A DNA stretch of 64,000 nt from Monocercomonoides exilis PA203 (lineage: Eukaryota; Protista; Preaxostyla): positions 310,001 to 374,000 of the forward strand of contig LSRY02000034.1 in NCBI GenBank assembly GCA_001643675.2. The letters are read 5' to 3'. This document shows, in pieces, positions 26,238 through 38,100 of this stretch. The stretch's first letter is position 1; each line of letters opens with the position of its first letter. Position numbers and translations under genes: made by a program. The notes under the pieces are model-generated. The model did not search any database. It had not been told where the DNA came from and was given only the letters and a program-made list of their open reading frames with translations.

Positions 26238-26497
26238 TATGAGTGTTTATTTTTGGAATCATATCTTTTTTCGGTGTGTATATTTTGATTGAAATTCATT
26301 ATCATTAACTAATAATTTCAAACAAAATTATAATATTTTTATATCTTTTCAAAAGCCAAAATATGATTAGAAAAAAATAGAAGAGACATCACATCACAGC
26401 TCCATCACTTTTCAGGGTACATTTATGAATATTCATAACAAAAATTCAAACCGAAAATTATGACAGAAGAAATAGTGTTTCATAAATAATTATCCAT
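26238..26497 (-). mobile_element. MITE copy (reverse orientation)
   Basis: Starts TATGAGTGTTTATTTTTGGAATCATATCTTTTTTCGG, contains AAACCGAAAATTATGA, ends AAATAATTATCCAT. Confidence 0.7.
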
Positions 26498-27099
26498 TCG
26501 TTTCAATTATGAAAACAGATCCAATTTTCTCTTCTGAAAGATATTTTTTTCATTTTTATTTCCTTTGGTTATGAAAGTTTCAAAACATTATTTATTATTG
26601 TTTTACAAGCAATATTTTTTGTAAATGGATGTTGAATGATAACAGAATTAATAACAAAGAATGAGCAATTTTCGGATATGATAGAAAAATAGGAAAACAT
26701 TTATAATGAATAATTGAAACTTTGAATCATGAGACATCGTGACCGTCGATAGAGGTATCCATTTTGATCAATTCCGTCAATATTAATAATAACATTCAAG
26801 ATGAATTCAAACATTCTATCAACTTGATTCTCTTTTTGATGAATGATAAAAATCAAACAGATACAAATTCTCCTCATTTTTTATTTGAAACATTCAGTAA
26901 CATTGACAACAGTTATCGCTGGTTATTCGATGCCAAAATTATTTCCAATTCTTAAAAATTCTATTGATCCAACGATTATATTTTTTTTTACGAATATCCA
27001 ACAGGAAGATATGCCTATCATTGTTGAAAATGCAAATACAATAATTGTTTATAAATAAATTCTCCATTTTTTAAAACAAATACAAATATTGAATTATTT

Positions 27100-27800
27100 T
27101 TCAAATCATTTTTTAATTTCACTTAGGTTTGCAGCAGCTTCAGGCTGGATCTCTCACACGTCTTGGAATAAAAACTTAGGGGGCAATCTATACAATTTGC
27201 CTGCAAGTTTGACTCACGGAATTTCACTCGAAACAAGAAAAAGAAGGAGGTGTTGGAAAGGTTGTCGAATTGTGTGAGTGTTTGTTATGGAAAAGGAAGT
27301 ATCAAAAGGGCAGATCCGAAAAGCGTGTTTGGATATTTGGTGCTATGAAAAGAATTCTTTTTTTTTTTTTTTTTTTTTTTTTTTTGATAACAAAGTTTCC
27401 ATATTTCTGGCGAAAAATAGAGATTCAAAAACTTTGTTTAAAACAATTTTTAAAACAATGCAGAAAAGAACAATGATTTATTCAGATAGTTGGAAAGCTC
27501 ACTCAAAGCTGCAAGATCTTGGATTTGAGCACGAAACAGTTGATCATGGCAAGGAAATCAAAAATAAAACAACAATCTGTCACATAAAAAAACATAAAAG
27601 CTGTCTGGAGTTGGTTAAGAAGGTATTTTCCACCAAATGGAACTAGCGTACTTCATATTGAAGATTTCATAGTCGAATACATATTGTTTAAAACAAAAAA
27701 AAATTCAATACATAAGTTATTTGAAATTGTTTTTGAATATAATCCAGAGAGATACGAAAAACATCCGATGAAGTTTATGAAATAAGTGAAGATGAAACCG
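27100..27800 (+). mobile_element. Merlin / IS1595-like transposase remnant
   Basis: KRKYQKGRSEKRVWIFGAMKR and TMIYSDSWKAHSKLQDLGFEHETVDHGKE are Merlin/ISXO2 motifs. Frameshifted, with a poly-T tract. Confidence 0.8.
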
Positions 27801-28182
27801 AAACAGCAACGAGCAGCATTTCATCTACACGAAACGAAGACACAGATGTAACAATTTGTTTGATTGAGTAAAAAAAATAAAAACAATGGAATAAAAGTGT
27901 TCAGCTTTGAAAAATCAGAAATGCGTATTAACAGTTAAAAAAACAGACAAACATATGTTTGTTCAAACTTTTTCATTAAACTTCACAAATAAAATTAATT
28001 TCAAAAAAAAAAACCGCAATTTGAAGGTTGATAAGAAGGAAAAGTTTATTTTTTATAAAAATACTTGGAAAAGATGTTTCATTCGTAACTTTTATGATTG
28101 AATACAGTTTTTTGATTAGAAATATTTAAAATGAAAATTCCTGAAGAAAAACATTCTGTTCAATGTCTGTTTTTCTTCCTTA

Positions 28183-28446
28183 TATGAGTGATTATTTTTG
28201 ATATCATATTTTCGCATTCAAAATATTCGTTTCGAAAAAACTCCCTTGAATATTAACAAATGAACATTGAAAAGTGAAAAGTGTTTCAGAATACATAATA
28301 ATATATGATTCTGTGAAAACATTTGTTCACAAAAAAATAATGGCCATGCTTCTTTTCTAAAAAAAAAAAAATCACAATCAAAAAACTGAAAAATTTTGAA
28401 AATCAACACACCAAAAAAAGATATGATAATAAAAAGATTCACACAT
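28183..28446 (+). mobile_element. MITE copy
   Basis: TATGAGTGATTATTTTTGATATCATA ... CACCAAAAAAAGATATGAT...ATTCACACAT. Confidence 0.7.
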
Positions 28447-29941
28447 GTTTTGTCTTTAACAATTATTTTTGGAATTGTTCTTAAGCTTTATATTCTTTTT
28501 CTATCGATTTCGAAATGAACGAAGTTTGAGTGATTTTGATCGAAATTCCATGAATTTTGAACTTTGTTCGACAATGAATCGTTATAGGTTATTCTTTTTT
28601 GGAATTTATTTTTTGAACTTAACATCAACGAAAATGAATGAAGCAACAAAAAAGAAATGAAAATAGAGAAATTTAATTATAAGAAAAGACACAAATCCCA
28701 CAATCATCTGAAAACATAATATGAAAAAGAAATTGATCACTTTTGCAGATATGTATTTGTCAATACTTCCTTATCTCTGTTTAGATTTCATTTCAAGATT
28801 TTTCTTTATGTTCTGATTGAACAAAAACTTTTTAAAAATTCAACTTGTGGAAGATGAGATACAGAAGGCAGAAATTGAACAAATAATGAAATTAAAGCAA
28901 CATTTTCTTCCGCATCTTCTTGGTTGTCAATGTTCCGATTTCTGATTAGTCTTTTTTGAGTCAAATCCTTTTCATGAATCTGAAAAATAATGTTGATTAT
29001 CATATTTTTTTCATCATCATTTCAAAATCATCTCTTTTCTTCTTTGGTTTTTGCCTCTATTTAAACTAATTTTTGAGTCTTCATTTGTGTGATGCTACGA
29101 CACTCTTTTGTTGTCATCGCTTTCTTAAAAAGAGCTCTATTCGTTTGCATGAGCTTTCTCATTCCACTCTTTGTCATCCACTCTTTGAACTTCAAATACT
29201 TGCACAACTCTTGCTGCTCTCAACACTACAGATGAGACAAATATTACGAGAATGAATACTTTTCTGGAACAAATTGCATTTTGAGGAGTACAAAGAACCA
29301 ATGAAGTCTGGTTGTGTATCGATAAATCATTCATCTGTTCATATCATTTTGAAAGAGAAACAAGCGAAATCGACAAAGAAATAACAAAGCTTTCTCCAAG
29401 CGAGATAATTGCTAAGTCGTTTTTGAGTATCCCATTTCAAAACAAAATCGTTCAATAATCTGTTTCCTCTTTCATGCCAGTTGAAATATCTCAAATCTAG
29501 TGTGAAAATCTATCCCTTCAAACATCTTTTGTTTCTGTCTAGTCCAACTCATCATCTTAACTTCCGTCGAAAAATTTGCAATCTTCGTTATATTTTTATT
29601 TCGACAGGATAAGTGTGTCTCCAACTCCCACACTTTATTTCATGTTCTCTTCATTCTGTTTCCATTATATAATGTTCCATTTGCTGTACTCTCCCATTTC
29701 TGATCTTTTTGCAGCATCTAACCGCAAGTTCCAAGGATGTGGACAATCGATAAAAATTATTTTGTATGTTTATAACGAAACAAAATGGAATATCAATGTA
29801 TTCAAAATTAGCATTATTTGTCGAAAAAGTGTTTTTAAACTTGTTTCCATTTTTCTTTTGATCGGTCCCATAACATTTTCTTGTTTTTGACATGTTTGAA
29901 AATTTTGTTTATTCGAAATTTGTGAGTATTTTTTCAAAAAC
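28438..29941. repeat. 1,504 bp segment, inverted copy of 52380-53883
   Basis: Mirror coordinates (both end pairs sum to 82321). Six ORFs are mirrored identically except one F/L change (VEFLKSF vs VELLKSF). Confidence 0.97.
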
Positions 29942-29981
29942 CTAAAGATTTTTGTTTTGTGTCAATTTTTCGTTACACAAA

Positions 29982-30390
29982 AATGGATATATCAACACTA
30001 TTGAAATCCTTTTCTAACGAAAGGAAAACAATTGAATTGCTGTTATTGTGCAGATTATCACCAGCAGCAAACATGTGCACAAAATGCAAAAAGACACCAA
30101 GAATCATTTATTGTTCGAAAGATATCGTTAGATACAAGTGCAAATGTCGATTCTTATCAATAAGACACAATTCAATATTTTCGAATTCGAAATAATTGAT
30201 TTCGACTTATATGAAAATCATGTTTCTTTGGAGGATTAATGTTGAAGTTATGCGCACATTTTTTTTGACTGAAGCAAGCTGCTATTCAATTTGCATTCTT
30301 TTTATTCAATTTCGGAAGGCAGCACATGAAATGCTTAATGGAAAAAGCTGAAGAATTGGAGGAAATAATTACATTGTTCAAGTCGATAAA
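29982..30390 (+). mobile_element. Merlin-like transposase, N-terminal remnant
   Basis: CTKCKK...RYKCKCRFLSIRHNSIFSNSK Zn ribbon and IGGNNYIVQVD. Truncated by a MITE-type end at 30391. Confidence 0.7.
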
Positions 30391-30593
30391 ATGGGTGATT
30401 TTTTTTGATATCAAATATTTTTACGATGAATGATCAATTCACATTATATATATTCGTCAATCAGGAGAATAAAAAACGATAGTCGTTTGTCTTATTTTAT
30501 TGACTGAAATTAATGGATTTTCAAATAATTTATCGAATATGTGCAAAAATTTAAGTTCCAAAAAAAATATGTTTTGTAGTTCATTTTGATATT

Positions 30594-30595
<2 letters not shown>

Positions 30596-30651
<56 letters not shown>
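30596..30651. repeat. Poly-T tract (~56 nt)
   Basis: Directly visible. Confidence 0.95.
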
Positions 30652-30654
<3 letters not shown>

Positions 30655-32293
30655 AATATGGACGTTCTCAGATATGAAATTTTTCATTGGTTAGTTCAAA
30701 AACATTATTTCTTTGACTTTTCTTTTCTTTTGTTAATATATTCAAATATTTCACTTTATTTTTGATCTTTTCATTCAATTCTTATTTTTGTTTCACAAAT
30801 CAATTTTGAACATATTTCAATTGAACATATCAATCTTTGAAATTCACGGAAGTTCACAATGAAACGAAAAGAGAATTTTACACAAAAATGGTATGCGGGA
30901 TTATGAATAATAAATATATGGGGGAAAATACGGACTTTCAAGCTTTTTTTGCACAAGGCATTGAAAAATTGTTTCGCTCATAACTTTATTTCGCTATCTC
31001 AGATTTCTAAATAAATTAGATTTTCATATCCGTAAACAGGCATCGTTGAAATAAAAACATTAAGCGTCGGTGGCATTTCACGAATGTCAAAAAATGAACC
31101 CATTTTTATTGTGTTTTTTGATATAAAAAAGTTAATGAAAAGTGCATAATTTTTCAATGAAAAAACCTGAAGAAAAATATTTTGCTTCATATCGTTCAAT
31201 TTTAATTTTTGTTTTTGTTTTTTTGCAATTTTCAATTTTCATTTGAAAACTTTTAAAGTGTCAAGTGCTTCCATTTTATTTTCATAAAGTGAACAGTTGA
31301 TTTATACAAAAAAACCAAAGCCCCAGGCATTTCTTTCAATTTAAGTTTTTTTGTTTATTCTTGATAATTATCAATGTGAAACAAAAAGCAGAAAGCAATG
31401 AATTATTTTCAACATCCATCATCAAATGACAAAATAATTTAATTTCACAAAAGAGAAATCACATGAAAACATTAGAGGGAAAAAAAAGAAGAAATGGGCA
31501 ACATTCAATTGATTGATTTGAATGAAAAAGATAAAACATTATTTGAAACAAAAAACAGAAAACTTTTTTCACAACTGGAAAGATCGTATCAAACTGCATT
31601 CAAAAACTGCAAAAAAAGATGATCCGAAAAAACCTATTCAATCATCAGATACAGCAAAATTGCTTTTTCATGAAAGATCCAGAAAATCTTTTTGCTCAAA
31701 AGATGCACTGAATTCGAGAATATGAAAAAGAAATTTAAACAGTTATTCAAATAAAACAAAGTATTTCATGTGTTGAACTGTGAAACACTTCAAAAGAAAA
31801 CACAATACAAACTGACAAATAATTCATTCTAAAAAAAATAAAAATAAATAAATATAAAAAAATTAAAAAAAAAACAGTGAAGAAAAAAAAAGAAAAAGAA
31901 AAAGAAAAGAAGATAAAAACAGAAAGAAAGAAATTGAAAGAAAGAGAAAAAAAGAAGAAAGAGAAAGAGAAAGAGAAAGAGAAAGAGAAAGAAGAGAAAG
32001 ATAGAAAGAAGAGAAAGAGTGAGAAAGAGAAAGTTTGAAATATTACAAGATTTACAAAAAACAAATAATATTTTAACATATTAAATAAACAGCAGAACAT
32101 AACTTCGATAATGTTCGTAATAATAATTCCAATGTTAATAACAAATGAACAAATAATAAAAAAACGATTGAAACGAAATATTAATAGTTCATTGAAAAAA
32201 ACAATAAAAACATCAAACGAAATGAGAAAAAGAAGATAAGATATTTAAAATTTAAATATATTAAAATTGAATGAATGAGGATAAAAATTGAAA

Positions 32294-32458
32294 AAAATAA
32301 AATAAAATAAAATAAAATAAAATAAAATAAAATAAAATAAAATAAAATAAAATAAAATAAAATAAAATAAAATAAAATAAAATAAAATATATATATTTAT
32401 ATATTTATATATTTATAAATAAATAAAATAAAAATAAATAAATAAATAAATAAACAAA

Positions 32459-32493
<35 letters not shown>

Positions 32494-32500
32494 ATATATA
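32294..32500. repeat. (AAAAT)n followed by (AAAT)n microsatellites
   Basis: Directly visible; abuts the left end of the pogo element. Confidence 0.95.
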
Positions 32501-32522
32501 AATATATAAATAAATAATTATA

Positions 32523-34568
32523 TAGTGTGGTTTTTTTATCCGGACATTTTTTTTATCCGGACAAAATTTTTAATTATGAATAATTTCTTCCCACTTTTTA
32601 TATTTTATTAGTTGTTTTTAGTATATAAGGAAAAGTCGGCAGTTAGAAATTAAGATTAAATTACCATACCTAATCTCTGATGGGGGGAAGATGGGGGGGT
32701 TAGCTCCTCCATCTCTGGATTAGTGCCTCCCCTGAGGAGATTAGGTAATAGCAAGGGGTATCACTTAGTTAGAATTTAATCGAAAATATTTTTTTTATTT
32801 TTTTTTCATTTCAAAAAAAATTTTTTTTAAAAATAAAAACTAGATCATAACCAATATTTTATTTGTATGAGTGTTGTCAAACAAAGAAAAGAATGTGGAT
32901 TTGCGAAATTGAGAGATTTGATGAAATCTTTCCAGTATCGTCAAATCAAAAATCGTTTAGTAGGTATAGCCACAATAATTGCTGATGGAAAATGCCGTGT
33001 TACCGACGCTACTAATCTAAATGAATTCTTTCGTTCATCGATTAACCGAGCCGAAACTGCCGTTGAAAAGGGTAGAACCGTGGGAAAAGTTGGTCGGCCA
33101 GAGCTGTTCACGAAAGAAGACAAAGAAGTGATAGCCGGAGTCATCAGAATCGAAAGTTTGACAGGAGTGAGTTATTCTGTAACTCAAACAAAACGATTGG
33201 TTTGCATTATTATTTCTTTCTAATAAATATTTATTATTGATTATAATTAAAGATGGAATCAGTGCAAACTGATAGAAAAATTCGAAGTGGAGAAGAAGAA
33301 GATCAAGAAGTAAAAAATTTAAAATCAACTCCGTATTCGTTTGTCAAACGAAATCCAGATCTTAAAACGTCCATTCCTCATAACGTTGATATTCAACGTT
33401 AATCAGTATCAAACAAGCAGTCTCTTCAACCTTTCTTCTCTCTTCTGCAATCAATTCATGACTTTCACAAATACTCTCATTCACTCATCTTCAATACTTC
33501 CGAATCCTCTTTTCGACTCTCCGACTTTACAAAAAAATATGCCGTTCATCCTTCAGATGTTCCAGTCGGGTTTTCCAATACACCAATCAACATGCCAAAC
33601 TCAACTCTTGTGGTTGCAGTCGCAGCTGACGGTTATTCTTTACCAAGCCTTGTTCTTTGGCCATCTAAAAAACTTCCACAAGAAATGAAGGTCTTGCTCA
33701 GTCCGCAGCTTCACATCTGGGCAGACAATGATGGATGGATGACTGATGCATTGTTTGCTCGCTATGCTGAAGAGATACTACTGCCTGGAATAGTTGAAAG
33801 AAGAAAATTGCTAGACATGAATGAAGATAGATGCTTGCTCCTCTTGGATTCTCATCCTTCAAGAGCACAGCCAGATCTGTGGCAAAAATTTGCAGATGAA
33901 TCAATTGACGTTGTTACATTTATTCCACACAGCACTCATCTGACACAGCCACTTGACTGTGGAGTTTTTGATATGTTTAAAAGATGTTTCAACTCAAACA
34001 ATGTTGTTCCATCTTCTTCTTCGATCTCATTCAGACGGAAAGCAGTTGCAAATGACTTGCCACAGGCTTTGCAAACTGCATTGCTTCCTTCAACAATTAA
34101 CTCTGCATTTGAAAAAAGTGGCGTGTTGTCTAGGCAGTCCAATTCTGTATTGGTGAAGTTACCTGACACTCCTTCAGTTCAGCTGAAAAAATAAATCCCA
34201 TCGTTTCAATTTCCATGGAAAAAATATTTCTGACCAAGTATTTTTTGATGAATGGAAAGCATATAAAAAGATGAAAGATAAAAAGAATATTGATGATTCT
34301 GCTGAAAGAAAAAATTGAAAAATATTTGTTTTCTGAAGAGAAGGCGAAAGAAAGAAAAATATCCAAATCCCAAATTTTAAAAGATGTTGATTTTGAAGAT
34401 GATAATGAACGAGAAATACCAGAAAAATTATTGTCAGAGAATTGATGGATAGAATTAACTATTGATTTTTGCATTTTTTCGAAAATTTCAACATGCGATG
34501 TTAAAAAATAAATATTAATTTTTTTATCAAATAATAAAATAATTGCATGGATGAGAAAATCATTCAAT
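32523..34568 (+). mobile_element. pogo-type DD35D transposon, decayed (spliced transposase 32867-33199 + 33253-34194)
   Basis: ATG 32867, GRP motif, phase-0 intron 33200-33252 (GT..AG). TLVVAVAADGYSLPSLVLWP, GWMT, LLLDSH-(35 aa)-QPLD. In-frame TAA at 33400; first catalytic D lost (IFNTSES). Candidate left TIR TAGTGTGGTTTTTTTATCCGGACA; the right TIR near 34545-34568 is only weakly similar. Confidence 0.88.
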
Positions 34569-35142
34569 ATATATATAAATATATTAATATGCAAATAAAT
34601 AAATAAAAAATAAATTGACTAAAAAAATAATACATTTGTGGTTCATGAATATTTTCATAGGCGGACCTGGGAGGATGCAGTCCGTATCCAGGTCCGAATG
34701 TGGCATGAGTTAATTGCCACATTTATTATCTGCAGTCTTGTCCAACTTCCACACTTCAAAAGTTGGCAAAGCACACACTTTAATGCCTCGTTATTTATTT
34801 GCACAATAAAAATCCTTAAAATTTGAATTTAAAAAGTTATAATCAGAAATCAGAGAATTAGAAAAAGCACATGAACGGCAGGAATTATCAAAATTATTAC
34901 AAAAATGGTTATTATTACGAACAGAATCACGGTTAGCAACAGCATGTGTGGATTTAAGACTTGAAAAATTTGAACAACAAGAATATAAATTTCAAATAGA
35001 ACAATCTCGAATTAATGAGCATCTTTTATTAAATAATATTTCTGTAATTTTTGATAAAGAGGCAGTATTTGCAGTTCTCAATTGATATGAAATAGTTTTT
35101 CTTTCACTGGATAATTTTTACTTTTTTGCAACCATTTCAATA

Positions 35143-38100
35143 TCAATCAGAACCCTTTGTGAAGTCAAGCTGACTGCTGATGCGAAAACATGCTTCCTTT
35201 TTTTTTTCAAAATATAAATAGTTCATCATGTATTTGATTGTAAGTGAAGGCGAAATACAAATATCACTCGGAACATATTTTTCAAAGAATCGTTCATTAC
35301 AGGTGGACATTTGATGATTGAACGATGACGATGATTTGTTTCCTTTCAAATTGTTGTGAAATGAGAAAGAATTTTGAGAAGAAGCTGCAGAATCGAAATG
35401 ATGAGTGAAAAATGAAATCAAATCTTGAATTGTTTCAATATTTAAATTCGAAGAGTTATTTATCACATTTGTTAATGTCCCAAATTCACCATCGCAGACA
35501 TTTTTACCATGATGTTCTGCAAAGAAGTTGATTTCAGTTCGAATTTTTCTGAATACACGTGAATGAGTGGATAAAATGAAATGCAGAAGAAACCTATTAC
35601 GATTGTGAGGGCCAGCGTCACAGAAAAACTTTATAGCAATGGCATTTTTGAAGAAGTCCCTTCTGAAAATAGATTCCAGACATTCGATTACAAGTCTGAT
35701 GTCATTTGAAGGACAAGTGGAAAATAAATTGAATGTTTATTTAATTATAATGTTGTTGATAAGTTGGAAGGTGATCACTGAGAATTGAGAAATTTGCTGA
35801 TAATTAAAAAATTCCTGTTGAAGTTGATTTTGACGAATTGGAATCCTCCATTTTTCCTTAAAATCGAATACGCAGACGATTTCTCCTTCTTTTATATTTC
35901 GAACACTTTCATTGAAATATTGCCTTTGCCATTGTGCGAATAATTGATGCTTTTTCAAGGCTTCAATTGTGTTAATTTCACTTTTCGATGGTATTCTTTG
36001 GTGAGAAGATGACATCAGCCTTTTTTCCATTTTCTCCAATTGCTGACAATATCCGCATAAATCAGTCCTTCTTTTAGCTTTGATGAAGTTTTTTGTGAGT
36101 TTGTAAAAATAAGATAAAGACAGTTTAATGTTTGTTTCTTCAACAAAGTGTTTCCATAACTCTTTCTTCGTTTGAAAAATCAAACGTTTTTCAAAAGGAG
36201 AAAAAATAAGAGGGATATGTTTTGACTTGGAAAACAAATACTGTTGAAGAAAAGTTGAAAATGAATCGAAAGAAGCAGATGATAAGGAGTTGCTATTGAT
36301 TGATGATAATTGAGCTCCTTTTGAAACGGATGAGATATTCTTTTGTTTTGATGAAGAATTTGGAGTATAATTAAGTGAGGAAGAGTATGCAAGAGTTGAG
36401 GATTTATAATTATTTAATGAAGATGACAAAGAGTTGATTGCTTAATAATTATAATTACGTGTTATGTAAATAGATTTGTTAGGTTCTCGTTTTGAAGAAT
36501 TATTGTTTTCATTTGTAAATAACGCATGGGAAGAACATGATGGTTTCCTCGAACAAAACGAATGAGTTGTGTGATGTGTATTTATATTGCCAGAAAAATT
36601 CGAATGAAAAAGGATATTCGATGAGTTTTCAATTGATTGCAACGAATGGTGAAATGAATCGAGCACAGCATTTTGGGCTTTTAGCGAAAGAAATAAGTTA
36701 GGTGATTTTGAAGAAGTATTTCCTTTTGTTGAAGAGTTATTCTGCATCTGAACATTGTTTGACATGTGTGGTCTAATTGAGTGAATAGTGGAAGGTGAAA
36801 TGATTTCTTTTTTAAACAGGTCAACATCACTTTTATTATCATCTTCGATTTCATTTGTTGTTCTTGAAACCCTCCTTGTTTTGTCTTTCAAAATTGACTT
36901 GTCTTCCAATGTATTTTCAACAAAATAAACTGACGCGAAAATTGGATTGTTTTTGGAATTAAGCTGTTGGAAAGGTGAAGTTGACAAAGTTGAAGTGAAA
37001 TTTGTAGAAGGTGAAGATGATGCATGTGAGGATAATATATATTTTCCTGGATTTGATAAAAAAAGAAACAGACGAGATGAAAGGATTTGGATTATGATCA
37101 AAAAATAATGAATTTGTCGATTTCCCGTTTTTGTCAGTTGATGAAAGATGGAGATTTCTTATTGGTTGAAATGAAGATTGAATTGATGAAGATGATGAAT
37201 TTGAAATGTTTGAAGAGTTACAGTTTTTTGGTTCATTATTTGGAAAATTGGAAGAAATTGTTTGTGAGTTTCTAACGGTTGAGATGAAGAATCAATTGAT
37301 TTTGTTAACGGATTTGAAGATATATCATCAATTCCTCCTTTGGATAAATTTTTAATGAAAGTGGAAGATTCGTCAATCAAATAAAATGAGAATGATGGTC
37401 TATATCCTTCTTTGAACAATAATTTCCAACTGGAATCATATTCTTCCTTTCTCAAAGTTCGAGTGCAAGCATCATTACAGATAGTTTTATATTCTTTTGA
37501 TCCATCATTTGAAAGAACAAGTGATTGTTGTGAACATGGTTTTGGTCTATTCTTTTGAAAAGAATTTGTCCCATAAACTTGTGATAAGCATTTTGTGTTG
37601 ATTTCAGAAAGATTGATTCTTGAAAAATGTTCGTTGCACAACTTGTGAACTGTTTGACAGTTATTTTCATCTGAATCAAAATTTATCATCTTTGGAGGAA
37701 TGACGAAAGAAGAATAATTGTTTTCGTGAGATATCCCTAATAATTTCAGAAATTTTGATATAACATTCCATTTTTGAAATTTACTCTTTTCTTTTCATAT
37801 TTCACAGAACACTCTATTTGGGTGCCTCATTTTTTCTTCAGAAAAAAATCTGATGAATCCTGTGAAAATTGAAGCATCGTTGATAATCACATAATTAGAA
37901 AAACCTAAATTCCTTGACGACAAAGCGCCGCATTTCAAACATTTTTTGTGGACTGACCCATCTACGCTCGTTTATTGTTTGTCAACCAAATCGTATTTCA
38001 AAAGCATTTCCATTAAATGATCAAATGCTTCACAAACATTTTGCTGCTGTCTTTTGCCTCGCGAAAACGAAATGTCCCACTTATCAATCAATTCTGATAT

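Noticed and set aside
30771-31100. Possible further DDE transposase remnant (IFIIHNPAYH)
   Set aside because: Resemblance too weak to support a call.
32640-32780. Hammerhead ribozyme
   Set aside because: CTGAGGA is present, but there is no correctly placed stem II plus GAAA.
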